Source: Spizellomyces punctatus DAOM BR117
Taxonomy: Eukaryota
Reading direction: 5' to 3' (one strand)
DNA: 64,000 nt
NCBI GenBank assembly: GCA_000182565.2
Contig: KQ257452.1
Shown piece after piece: positions 1-10,885 of this stretch. The notes below the pieces were generated by a model. It made no database searches and was not told the origin of the DNA. It saw only the letters and a list, made by a program, of their open reading frames with translations. The number at the start of each line of letters is the position of its first letter. The stretch's first letter is position 1. The position numbers were made by a program, and so were the translations under genes.

Positions 1-98
1 CCCATGTGTGAAGGGCCGGGGAGGGGGGGAACGCAGAGTACCCGCGCTACAACTCCCCGCTCATTTTTCTGCGATACACACACATTAAAACCCCGACG

Positions 99-2629
99 AT
101 GCACACCCCGACAGCACTCTTACTCCTTCTCATCGCTTTGGTGACCCTCCCGACCGTCTCTGCGTTCGGTGCAGGCAATATTCCGTCCATTGCGTTTGTG
201 GAGGGCAAGGCGTTTCGACATGGTGATATTGAAGATGTGATTGCGTCGCTGGTGTTATCGCAGGGTGCTATTTCGCTTTTGAGTAAAAAGTTTGGGGGGT
301 TGGATGTGAAGAGGGTTTATTTCGGTAATTACACAAAAACACAAAACAATTATTGTGCATTCTTACAAGAACGAAACTCTTACTTTTTTCTTTTCGTTAG
401 GGAATTGGTTACGAGATTACTCTCAAGCCATTGACGTCGGCACACTCTCAAAAGGCCTCAACAAAACCACCTTGGTGACCCTCGTTTCCATCCTCGGGTT
501 TCTAGCCTTTGGATACGCCACCGCCGAATTCGAAGTCACCGAAGATCGGTTAGGATGTTACCGTGCCGAAGAACACATTGATAACCCAAAAGGATACGCT
601 GATGGTCAAGATGCACGGAAATACGACCCAGGACTTCGTGGACCGGTTGACCCGCGTGAACTGGAGATTGACCCACGAACAGGGTTAAAAAACTATATCG
701 CAAATGAAGGGGGTGGGTGGCCTACTTCCTCTGCTTTTGTCCGTGCGACACTCGAACGTGCGATTCAAGCTTACCGCTCTGGAAACGAGTATGAGGGGTT
801 TAGACTCTTGGGTACCGCGTTGCATACTTTGGAAGATTACCCAGCTCATAGTAACTTTGTTGAGCTTGCCTTGATTGAACTTGGGTATGATTCTGTGTTT
901 CCGTTTGTTGGTGAAGCTACTGCGTTTCGGCAGGGAGTGGATTCACGTACGGGGAGGAATCGTCCTATTTATCCCATTGTGACTGGAACGTTTGGTGGAG
1001 CCGATTTTGTTCATTCCTTGTTGGGCGAAGCCACGGATCACGTCTCCGCTGCTTCGATTTCCTCGCTCAACAGCGAAATGGAGGCTGCTAAACGGTCTTT
1101 TGATGACAACTCCCTTCCGGATCTGTTATCCAAGGTCCCGGGTATGGAAGACGTGACGCGTCAGGTCCGTGACGTTGAACGCGCGCCCGTGAGCACCGAC
1201 CCCGCAGAAATGAAGGCAAGCGTATGGAAGATTTTGGAGTTGCGTGATCGGATCGTCAAGGGCGTTGAAATGACGATTGAAAAAATTCCTGGTTTGAGCT
1301 GGCTTTCGGAAAAGATTTCCGAGACGGTTCAAGTGTTTGTTTTGACGCAGCTTGAGGTCCGTTTTTTATTTTATTTTTATTTTTTTATGTGTATGGCCAG
1401 TGTTTTCTTTTTTTAATTTTTCGTTTTTTTTTTATAATAGCCGTATATGAAACCCATCATGCAGCAAGTCGTTGGTAAACTCCAAAACACGTCCGCAGAA
1501 ATCGTCAACGCAGATTCCCAGCGAGAAATCTTTACCAACCCCCATTGCTCGGATCCAACCCATTCGCTCTTATCCAAGGATCATTTTGATTTATTCTTGA
1601 ATGAGGTGCAGATTGTTGCATATGTTTGCAAAAAATGGAATTTTGAATGTTTATTGACTTTTCTATTAGCCTGCAGGACTCGTCGCCAAAGTCATTGTTG
1701 AACACATTGTCAAAGCTGTCGTCAAGGCCTGGTCAACCTCTGACGCCTCTGCCACGTCCGAAGCCATCAACCTCGCCATGCAAGTCTTTGTTCACCCTGC
1801 TAATTTAGGGTTCGCCAAAACCCCGTTGCAAACTCAAATGTTGGACGTGGTTCGCAAATGGGCTGATGAGAATCGAAGCATTTTGGGACAATTGGATAAA
1901 GCTAGTGTTATGGCTGGACGGAATAGGAGGCATCCTGAGACGGCTGGGCGAGGTTGTGGTGGTGGGTATATTCCACCCCCTCAGCCACAAGCGCAGGCGA
2001 CTTATGGACAGTCTTCGGGAGCGTATGGACAGCAGGGTCCCTCGCCCTCTGGGTATGGGCACCCTCCTAGCTCTGGCTATGGCAATCAGACCGTCCAACC
2101 ATCCGGTTATGGAAATCAGGGAGCTCCGTCTTCTGGCTACGGACATCCTCCTAGCTCTGGCTATGGCAATCAGACGGTCCAACCATCCGGCTACGGAAAC
2201 CAGGCACCTCCGTCATCCGGCTACGGACATCCTCCTAGCTCTGGTTATGGCAATCAGACGGTCCAGCCATCCGGCTATGGAAACCAGGCAGCTCCATCAT
2301 CGGGCTACGGACACCCTCCTGGTTCTGGCTATGGCGATCAGACGGTCCAACCACCCGGTTATGGAAATGCACCTCCTTCATCTGGCTACGGTGCCCAACC
2401 CCCGCAGCCATCTGGATACGGCCATCCTCCCAGCAGTGGCTACGGCGCCCAACCCACTGGATACGGAACGCCTTACGCCCAACCTCAAGGCTACAGTGCT
2501 CAACCACCGGTTCAGACCTTTCCCCAACCGGAACAAGGTGGATACCCTGGCGCAGGTTACGAGGGATCTACTCCTCAGTTTCCTCAACCGGATGGAGGGT
2601 ACGGGAGTGGGAATCAGCAATGGCGGTAA
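99..2629 (+). CDS. HET-C (heterokaryon incompatibility protein C) family protein with signal peptide and G/Y/P/Q/S-rich repetitive C-terminus; 4 exons
   Basis: Motifs FGAGNIPS, FRHGDIED, YFGNWLRDYSQA, EEHIDNPKGY, LHTLEDYPAHSNF and SDPTHSLLSKDHF. GT-AG introns 325-400, 1357-1440 and 1606-1669 join the ORF pieces in frame. Confidence 0.93.
2048..2385 (+). repeat. Coding tandem repeat, about 4 copies of an 84-nt unit (28 aa, SGYGHPPSSGYGNQTVQPSGYGNQxAPS)
   Basis: Directly visible in DNA (CCTCCTAGCTCTGGCTATGGCAATCAGAC recurring every ~84 nt) and in the 1778..2629 translation. Confidence 0.9.
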
Positions 2630-3374
2630 GAAGAAGAGGCTATCAAATGGGTTTTGTTGAAAACCGTCCAATGGTATCATCGTGTAGTAGGCATGGATGT
2701 GTTTAAATATAGACTTGGTTTGCATCTTTTATAAGAGTGGTTGGGAGTTTTCATGTGTGGTGTGGTGGTCCCAACTGGAATATGTTTCGTCTGTGGTACT
2801 GACTAGCTTGTTCAAAAGAGTTTCTTGCTCATTTTCCGTTCTGTATCGCCATTCTATGGATGCAAAGAAAAAGTATAAACGAAGGGACTTCACCATTTTA
2901 TGCCAATTACAGAAGTATACAGGCTGCCCACTTTTTTTCCGCGCAAGCTTGCTTGAACGCTTCCCATTCTCTACTGCATTTCGATCGATCTCCTATGTTT
3001 GTTGGTCAGAGTATGAATTTGCGTATACAAGAACATTAGCGTATGTACCGTTATGTTTTTGTAGACATTCCTGTAGCTCCTTTGAGTCGCATACAAGAGA
3101 TGGATCTACTTTGCGAGGTTGGGACATCTGTGTGTGATTTCCCTTGCAAGCTTGTCATCGTGTCCTTCTTATCCGCCCTCTTACTTGTCACCTGACTATG
3201 TCGTTACGTTTTTGCAAATGAAATTCATTTGTAGACATAAGTTGATAACACCCGTTTAGGGTAAATTGCGTGATCAAGTCACGTTTAAGCGTTGTGTGCG
3301 TGTCTGGGTTTATTTCCAGAAAGTGTTTCCCCTCGTTTTCTTCTTCCTTGTCTTTTGAACATGCGCATGGCAAG

Positions 3375-5233
3375 ATGAAGTTTGCCAAACAGTATACAGA
3401 GGCCTATAGGGATCTTCCGCCGTCATGGCCTGCGTTTCAGTACAAGGCATTGAAGAAGAATATCCGAAGAATTGTTCAAGGTAGTGTTGTCCTCGAGCTG
3501 TAAGGTTTTTTGGTTGTGGTTTTTTTTTTGCTTATTTTCGATATGGTTGACAGAATTGGAGGAAAAAGGGATTGTCGTGCATGATGCGCCGAGGTCCAGT
3601 GGAATGCGACATTGTACGATCGACTATTTTCTTGAAGGTATGAGAGAAGCATCCAGGTGTCCATGGGAGGTTTGCGTGTTTTAAAACAGTATATCTGTGA
3701 TTCAACAGGGAACCTCGAGCCTTTTATTGTCGTCAATCTCCAAGATGAGATGCAGCCAGTCAAAGTACCCGAGACTGATTTGCCACCATGTCAATACAAC
3801 AAGGTGGACCCCTTCCCATTATTGCAGGTCAAGGATGAGGACGAGGGGTTGGCGATTGAAGTGGGGCCAGGGGCGCCCTGTGGGTCTGGGTCATTGCGGA
3901 TAAAAATTACCTCGAGATCCATGAAGAATTTGAATGAGTTTTTCCAGACGTCTGGGGGTGAGAGTCCTGTGGAGGACAGCCCAGTAGAGGACAGGAAGGC
4001 TGTACCAGCTCCCTCGGAACCCATACCGGTTCCTTTTGCGCCGTCTGTAGCAAGGAGGGGGAGTATTAGTCGTAATGACTCGTCGCCGCCAACACCGACA
4101 CTTGATATACCCTCCGCGCGACAGCGACTGACCGTCAATACAGACATGTTTACCAGCCTGGAGGAAACAATGCTGTCCCCGGGTACACCGCCAGATGAAA
4201 GCGGTAGTGTCAAACTGTTCTTGAAGACAGACCACCAATTCTTTCATGAACTCGCTACGGCTGTCAACTCCATCGCGCAGTTTGAAGACTCACTCAAGAC
4301 GACGTTTCAATCCAACCTTGATACCCTCTCCGATTACCTGTCCACTGCGGCCTCCCCGTATAACAAGGACATGTATGCATGGCGAAAGGTCCTTGCCGCG
4401 TACCTCGAGTCAGAAATTTGGCTTATCAATGGAATCAAGGACCGACCGGTCATGTCCTCTCGAGAGCAGCTGGCTGCTTTTGAACGTACCGCACGAGGAT
4501 CCCTTCAAATGACACTAAAGTCGTCATCATCTACAGCGGCGTTAAATGTGTTCTTGCGAATGAATCGCGAAATGCTGGCCATGAAGCAATTTGATGAGAT
4601 TAATCACACCGCTGTTCGAAAGATTTTGAAAAAGCACGATAAACGAACAAGGTTGACGGCCAGCACAGGGTTTGCAAGATTTTTGGAAGAGCAGTCTTTT
4701 TTTGTAGATAATATTGCTAGAGCGATTGTCTTCACCATTCAGGTTTGTGGTAAATCTGTAGTTTTTGGTTATGGACTTTGAGACTTACATGTTCACAATT
4801 AGGAGAGGCTCGTCACAGTTATTCCGCAACCAGAAGATTACTCTTGTCCCATTTGTCAAGACGTTTATTGGAAACCCATCCGCCTGGTCTGCGGTCATGT
4901 GTTTTGCGTCCGGTGTCTGGTAAAGGCCCAAGTACGCAATGTCAAGAACTGCCCCGTGTGCAGACATGTCGACGCTGTGGAAAAAGCGACGGCAGAGCAA
5001 TTGGGTACGTTTATGTGAATGACGACAAGTTTAATGAATTTTTGATGGCTCATACGATGGATGGTTTTGTAGATGTTGCGCGTATGAATATGATTAAACT
5101 GTATTTTCCAAAAGAAGTTAAACGTAAAGCTATAGATAGTGGACGGGAACGGGCTGCCGAAGATCTTCAGACCATGTTTGGTGAGATTGTGCCTCCCCCC
5201 AATGATTCGCAGTCCTCATGCCTTATCTTGTAA
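3375..5233 (+). CDS. SPX + RING-finger E3 ubiquitin ligase (Pqr1/NLA-like), C-terminal CaaX
   Basis: SPX N-terminus MKFAKQY...YKALKKNI and SPX end INHTAVRKILKKHDKRT. C3HC4 RING CPICQDVYWKPIRLVCGHVFCVRC...CPVCR after intron 4743-4802. Ends SSCLIL*. Confidence 0.9.
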
Positions 5234-5558
5234 ACTTGATTTGAGAAGGAACTGTATATATATATGTAAATCCAAGTTTGTGTATAAGTTTTATGTTTTA
5301 TTAAATTAGGTTTTTTTTTGTTTGTGAGGATTTTGTTTATTCATAATGGTTGAAATCTTAAAGGTAGAAAGGTTGATCGAAACTTGCTTACGCGCTGGCG
5401 TTTTGTTAATGATGATGTAACGTTGGGGTGCCAGCACCAAGATGTTGGCTTGCCACATGTTAACCCATCTCACAAGGCCTTTGCGGCGCATCCTCCCTTC
5501 ACACACACTATTTCACTTCAGATCCTCATACAAATACACTTTACAAAGTAAACTCAGC

Positions 5559-6865
5559 ATGACAACCACATCTTCAACTTCACTACAAGAAACTTTGGAA
5601 ACGTCCTCGATCGATATCACACACCCACCTTTGGACCAATCCGGGTTGGAAAACGTTGCGAATTTTAGAGACGTTGGACGGAATTACAACGTCGATGCGG
5701 ATGGGTTTGTAGTTTTAGGTATCCGTCCTAATGCATCGGGTACTAAAACTTTCTTCTACCATGCAGCCGTGAGGAATCCACTGCGTTAAGAGAAGGGAAT
5801 TTGTATCGCTCTGCACGGTTAGGTGCGTGCACATGCACATTCATATGAAAAGATGCATGGGATGAAGAAAACTGACAAAGATTCTGGCAGACGATGCAAC
5901 CTCCGAGGACGTCAAGGTCCTGCAATCCCGGTACAACATTAAAACCGTCATTGACCTCCGATCTGAGTAGCGTATTGAATTACCATGACTGTTAAAACCC
6001 AAGCCTCATTTACTTACAAACTGTCATTACCAGTCTAGAACGAAAGGAATGCGATCATGTTGCTTCTACGTTTCTCTTTTCGGCTATTGAGGAAGAAGTT
6101 CAAGAGGAACTCTCGCCGATGCATACACACAAGTCATCTTGTTTCCAAACTCAAGTCCTGCCAGAAGAGTTTAGAAATGGGAAACGGACGCGGTATTCGA
6201 TTGAGTTTGCTGGGGAGGATTTTAGAAAGTATTCGGTTTGGAAACCTTTGGGGGTGTTGACCAAATTGTGAGTCTTGTTGTTTTTGCGTAATGACAAACA
6301 TTTTTTCTTTGTGTGTTTATCATCAAGATTCGTTTAGGNNNNNNNNNNNNNNNNNNNNNNNNNNNNNNNNNNNNNNNNNNNNNNNNNNNNNNNNNNNNNN
6401 NNNNNNNNNNNNNNNNNNNNNNNNNNNNNNNNNNNNNNTATAAAAGTTGCCAGAATCAGAAACTTATCGTCCCGGCCTTGATAACAGGCCCTAAAACTCA
6501 TGTCCGTCCCCGAAAATTATCCCGTACTCGTTCATTGCACGCAAGGCAAAGACCGTACAGGCATTGTGATCGCCCTCGCCTTGTCATGCGCCAACATCCC
6601 CCTCGAACAAATCCTCCTCGACTTTTCTCGCTCTCAAAAGGGCCTGGCCTCCCAGCGTGATACCATGGTGAAGGAAATGGCTAAAGCGGGACTGGATCCC
6701 TCTTTTTCTGATGCCCCCGAAAATGTTATGAGGGATACTTTTGGTTATATTGTTGATAAGTATGGAAGTGTTGAAGAGTATTTGGAGACCAAGGGTTTTA
6801 CAAAAGTTTGGAGGGAGAGGCTGAAGGCTTGTTTGACGGCTTCGGACGAGGGTAGACAAGAGTAG
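5559..6865 (+). CDS. Protein tyrosine/serine phosphatase, Y_phosphatase3 family (interrupted by N gap)
   Basis: NFRDVG, LYRSARL, TVIDLRS and the catalytic HCTQGKDRTG; several GT-AG introns; gap 6339-6438. Confidence 0.88.
6339..6438. other. Assembly gap (100 N)
   Basis: Run of n. Confidence 0.99.
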
Positions 6866-7127
6866 ATGTGCTTTAGACAGGGGTGCTTTTTTTGGGGCTG
6901 ATTATTTTGGAGCACTATTGTAGATGGCAGATTATGTAGTAATTCAAGTACATGAGCGTGAATAACTCACAAGTATATACGACAAACATTCGCAAAGGCA
7001 GAGTACAATATTTGAGATGTTCCCATTGGACAATTTCTCCCAAGTTTGACTAATAATTTACAAATCCCAAGCTTTGGTACAGCCTTACAAAAAGTTTAGA
7101 CAAAACCAATCACATTAGCCCAATATA

Positions 7128-7675
7128 TTATCCTCGTTGAAAGTTTAATAGCTTTATGAGAATATCTGGTCTGGCTATGAAAGATTTGACACCAACGGTT
7201 TTGATCAGAGAGTATGTACACACTGCTAGGTATAACATTGCGCAACATACCTTGCTCCCCCCACATAACAGTTCCATTCGATTTTGCTACCCGGTTCTTG
7301 TCAACATTCTTGTAGATCTCTGGTCTCTCTATCGTCAAGGGAGAGCATGTCAAACGATATGAAATCATTTAAAACATGATTTCGTCCAATGTTGCCCACC
7401 TGACCCCTCAGGATCTTGCATCCTATACTGCATTGCCATCCACGCTACAATAAAAAATCACGGTTTATCCCCTGCTTTTCGCTCCACCTGCGCATTTGTC
7501 AACGTACTGTCATTTAGATGCTGTGCAGCTTCTTTGTGGTTGAAGGCTAGTGTCAAGAGGGATTTTGCGTCAAAGGATTTTCCTCGAGCTAGAGTTTGTA
7601 TTGATGTTTAGTTGGACGGAGGCTGCTGGCGTGCGGAAAGCAACGGTACTGACCTCTTGAGGTATCCCTTGACAT
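7128..7675 (-). CDS. Small 90-aa hypothetical protein, 5 exons (not represented in the ORF track)
   Basis: Exons 7675-7654, 7588-7508, 7444-7400, 7328-7251 and 7174-7128, with donors GTCAGT/GTACGT/GTGGGC/GTATGT, join to a 273-nt ORF: MSRDTSRARGKSFDAKSLLTLAFNHKEAAQHLNDTWMAMQYRMQDPEGSERPEIYKNVDKNRVAKSNGTVMWGEQARPDILIKLLNFQRG. Confidence 0.78.
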
Positions 7676-7966
7676 GATGTAATTGATTGTGAGATCGTGA
7701 CAATATGGGAGGGAATGGGGGAGTGGGAAGGGTGGATTTGGAGCGTGCGCAGTAGATGTGGATGGAGATTGGTTTATCAAGCGGTGCTGGGGATAATAGT
7801 GATTCTTTGTCAAGATGGGATGCGGAAAGGACCCAAAGGCGGATGTCACGGTCCGTTGGTGGATTCGAACCATGTCCTTTTGTTTGGATTTGGTTTGGAG
7901 CTTGTTGAGGAGTGCGATACTCGTACTGTAACCTCACCATCAACTGACGAGATTGGAGGTAATAAG

Positions 7967-8652
7967 ATGGGCGCCCAAAGCTCAAAAGCAGCACGGAGGT
8001 TCCCACCACGACCAACCTCAGGTGCATCTCCATCCACACCAACACCTACGCCGACAGCGACACCTTCCGCCGCCCCACCTCACATGAACCTCGGGCCTCA
8101 TCAACCACTACATGCCAATCAAGCTACGACGGCATCCACAGAGACAAAAGAGGATCCCCGAGAGGAGCATAAGCGACTGTTGGAGCATTATCAACAGATG
8201 GCTTTTGATGTGCATTCTATACCCAAGCGAGAGTACAGAAAGGTGGGATACCATTGTGCCAAAATTCACAATTTATGCATTCTCCTGACACAAATGTACG
8301 ACAACAGGACAACGAACTTCTCAACATTCTGGCAAAACGCGACCAAAACACTGTCCAAGACCAACGCCCCCCATCCGCCCAAACCCTTCCAGGTACCCTC
8401 AGAAGACTACCTACCCGTGATATAGCAGATCTATTTGCCCTCCGACGCATGGCAGGCCCTGCTGCATGGCCTCCATCCAAACTGGCGGAAAAATATGGAT
8501 TGGATGAAAAGATAGTGGACATTTTGTTGAGATATTATAATACCCATGAGACGGTTGGGATGGCGGGAGGGAGTGAGCGCATGGATGGGATTTGGGTGGA
8601 GGATTTGGTGGAGTTTCGAAAAAGGGAGGCCAAAGGAAAAGGGGGTTTGTAG
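7967..8652 (+). CDS. NDUFAF4-like complex I assembly factor homologue (N-myristoylation signal)
   Basis: Starts MGAQSSKAARRFP. Intron 8243-8307. C-terminal WPPSKLAEKYGLDEKIVDILLRYYNT resembles the NDUFAF4 C-terminal motif (recognised from memory). Confidence 0.62.
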
Positions 8653-8839
8653 ATTGTATTCGAACTGGGATTTGGTATCTTAGTGTGGAGGTGATTGAAA
8701 ATGGCACTAGAACTCATTATTATCCGGATTAATCCGGTTAGTCATATCGCATAATCAGCATCCCCTCTATCACTCAGATTGGTGTGGCATGCATGCTAAT
8801 GTTTTTTTTTAAACTGCGGTGAGGCGCATGTCAAAGGTC

Positions 8840-9181
8840 TATAAAAGGGGGGCCTTTTGCTGTCTCTTTCCTCTTTCCTCTTTACCCATCCTCAACTCTC
8901 AAAGCATCTGCCAAACACTCAAGCAACTCTCAAGTCCATCATGAGAGTACTGCTCTGGTGTTGAGGACCTCACCCTCCCAACTACAACAACAACATAACC
9001 CCTTGCAAATACTATTATTACTATGCTGCAACAATCACAGGTATTTCTTGCTGATTTTCCCACGCCTGTATTCCGAGTCTAATTCTGATCTACCTTAGTA
9101 TCTGAACATCCTCCAACTAAAGAATTTCGGAAGGATTTCTCTCGTGTGGTGGGCTTAGTTACCCGGTTAGAACAACCGTAA
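8840..9181 (+). other. Putative small spliced transcription unit (micropeptide or ncRNA)
   Basis: TATAAAA at 8840, CT-rich tract, CA-rich leader, ATG 8941, and canonical intron 9041-9098 (CAG|GTATTT...CTAAT...TAG). Confidence 0.5.
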
Positions 9182-9549
9182 TGTATTGCATGTGTAATTG
9201 GGCCTAGTGGTAGTTAGTTAGTGGAATCGTGCTGCTTTTCACGTACCCCAGTTCAACCCAGGCTGGAACCTGTCGCGAGTTAGGATAGGTTATGAAGGGT
9301 TGGATAGGCTGGCTAATTGTAAATTAGAACCGGCTGTAGTGGGTTGGAGGGAGAATTTGTCCCTAGTGACATTTTCTACCACCTGCACAACTAATATTTA
9401 TATCGAATGCATTGGGTGGACTGCATTCAAAGCCGCCCTGAACGTTATTCACCTTGAATGGAACACGTGATTAGCGAACCAGTGTCAGCCAACTGTCAAA
9501 GATCGTCCACAGATCTTGCACCTAGAGGTTGACATTCCACCGCGACGGA

Positions 9550-10444
9550 ATGGCAACTTTTAGTAGATTACTTGCCCGCATGGGCAACCATATGAACGTT
9601 CTCACGAAATGTTCAAGACCCTTTGTCACATCGTCTTCTGTGGCAGCCTGGTCAGGCACACCGAAAAAGCAGTACATCAAACCCTCCCCTCCCAGTAACC
9701 TACCTCCAAAGTCATCCGAGCCTCGTGGTACGGAAAAACGAGCCGTAAGAGCCGAAGCACTGCGAAAGGGGCCCTTGGCCACTGACTTGTTCACTGGCAA
9801 TGGCCAACAAGGACAAGGTTACTACAAAAATGTCGCGACCGAGCCTCTGTCAAAGGAAATTGCTACAAAATTAATGCGACCTGTGAAGGTAGAGGACCTA
9901 GAGATTGACCCTGGTAGGTGCAAGTGAATGTGATGTATTCGGTATGTGGAGCTTCAACATGCGCGTTCACTCTAGATCGCGGATACGTGTATTTGAAAGA
10001 GGCCACATATAGAGAAATGTTGGATGACGCTTTTGGACAAGATGGTACATTTGGAATATTTTTTCCATCGGATTTTTACCATGTCTTACGATGATTGCAG
10101 GGTGGAAGCTAGTCCCCGTAACCCCATTTCAAGAAACCAGTAGCGGAAATGTCGTGTATCGTGCATACACACTCATTGTCAACGACCGCTTTGTCTCTGA
10201 AGCGATCGGTGATTGGTCTGTCGCCACAGCCGGTAGCAGGGCTGCCGCTGAAGCAAAGTGCGATCACGCGGCGTTGGTGCGCGTTGGAAAGGATCTTGGC
10301 ATGGCCAGTGAGCTCTGGGATCCCGTGCGGAGTAACCAATTGAGGGATGCGAAATTCACACAAGAGTGGATCGTGGATCCAAAGTTGGGCAGCAAACGGA
10401 GAGTGTGGAGGGAGAAGAAGGTGTCGAAGGCTCCCGGATTTTAA
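9550..10444 (+). CDS. MGM101: Mgm101-like (Rad52-type) mitochondrial genome maintenance protein, divergent
   Basis: Mitochondrial-type presequence; EPLSKEIATKLMRPVKVEDLEIDP, AFGQDGWKLVP, RFVSEAIG and KDLGMASELWDP. Introns 9914-9975 and 10045-10100. Confidence 0.8.
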
Positions 10445-10885
10445 TGTAGAGCGAGTCAGTCTTCCGAGACGGCTTTTGCGTACCCATTTTTTGTTTTATA
10501 TGTTCATTTTACCTGTATTTGGTGTATAAATGATATATTTTGGATCCTGCTATGAGGTTTTTGAGTGGAGTGATCAATCTCGTGCACGCCTGGCAAAAAT
10601 CAGTTAGGATGAAGCTCATAAAATGCAGCAGGTCCCTCGATGGATAGTTGATTTAAAACCACCATAGAACAGGCCAGTGCCATAAATGCTTTGCTTTTCT
10701 CCAAAATGGTGGGTAATGCACATTCCAAGCCGTCTTATTATTATTAAATTACAGTCCAATGAAGTAGCAATTTACAAACTTTGCAAAAGTATAAAATCGG
10801 TAATGTTGCCTTCTCCATTCTCCAACCGAGTAGGCTAGGACAATGGGCACCGACTATTTATTTCAAAAGCGCATAGTGAGGGTGT

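Noticed and set aside
2048-2385. Regularly spaced direct repeats as a CRISPR-like array
   Set aside because: The whole units repeat with no unique spacers and vary mainly at synonymous positions; this is a eukaryotic coding repeat.
2697-3137. 146-aa ORF between HET-C and SPX-RING
   Set aside because: No authentic start context, and a composition typical of UTR or intergenic sequence.
8941-8964. Antizyme-like W-C-stop at the end of the micro-ORF
   Set aside because: It lacks the TCC-TGA shift site, and no long antizyme ORF2 follows in the +1 frame.
9285-9352. Possible SECIS element (ATGA...AA...GA)
   Set aside because: The ATGA-to-AA spacing is too long, and I could not pair a convincing helix by eye.
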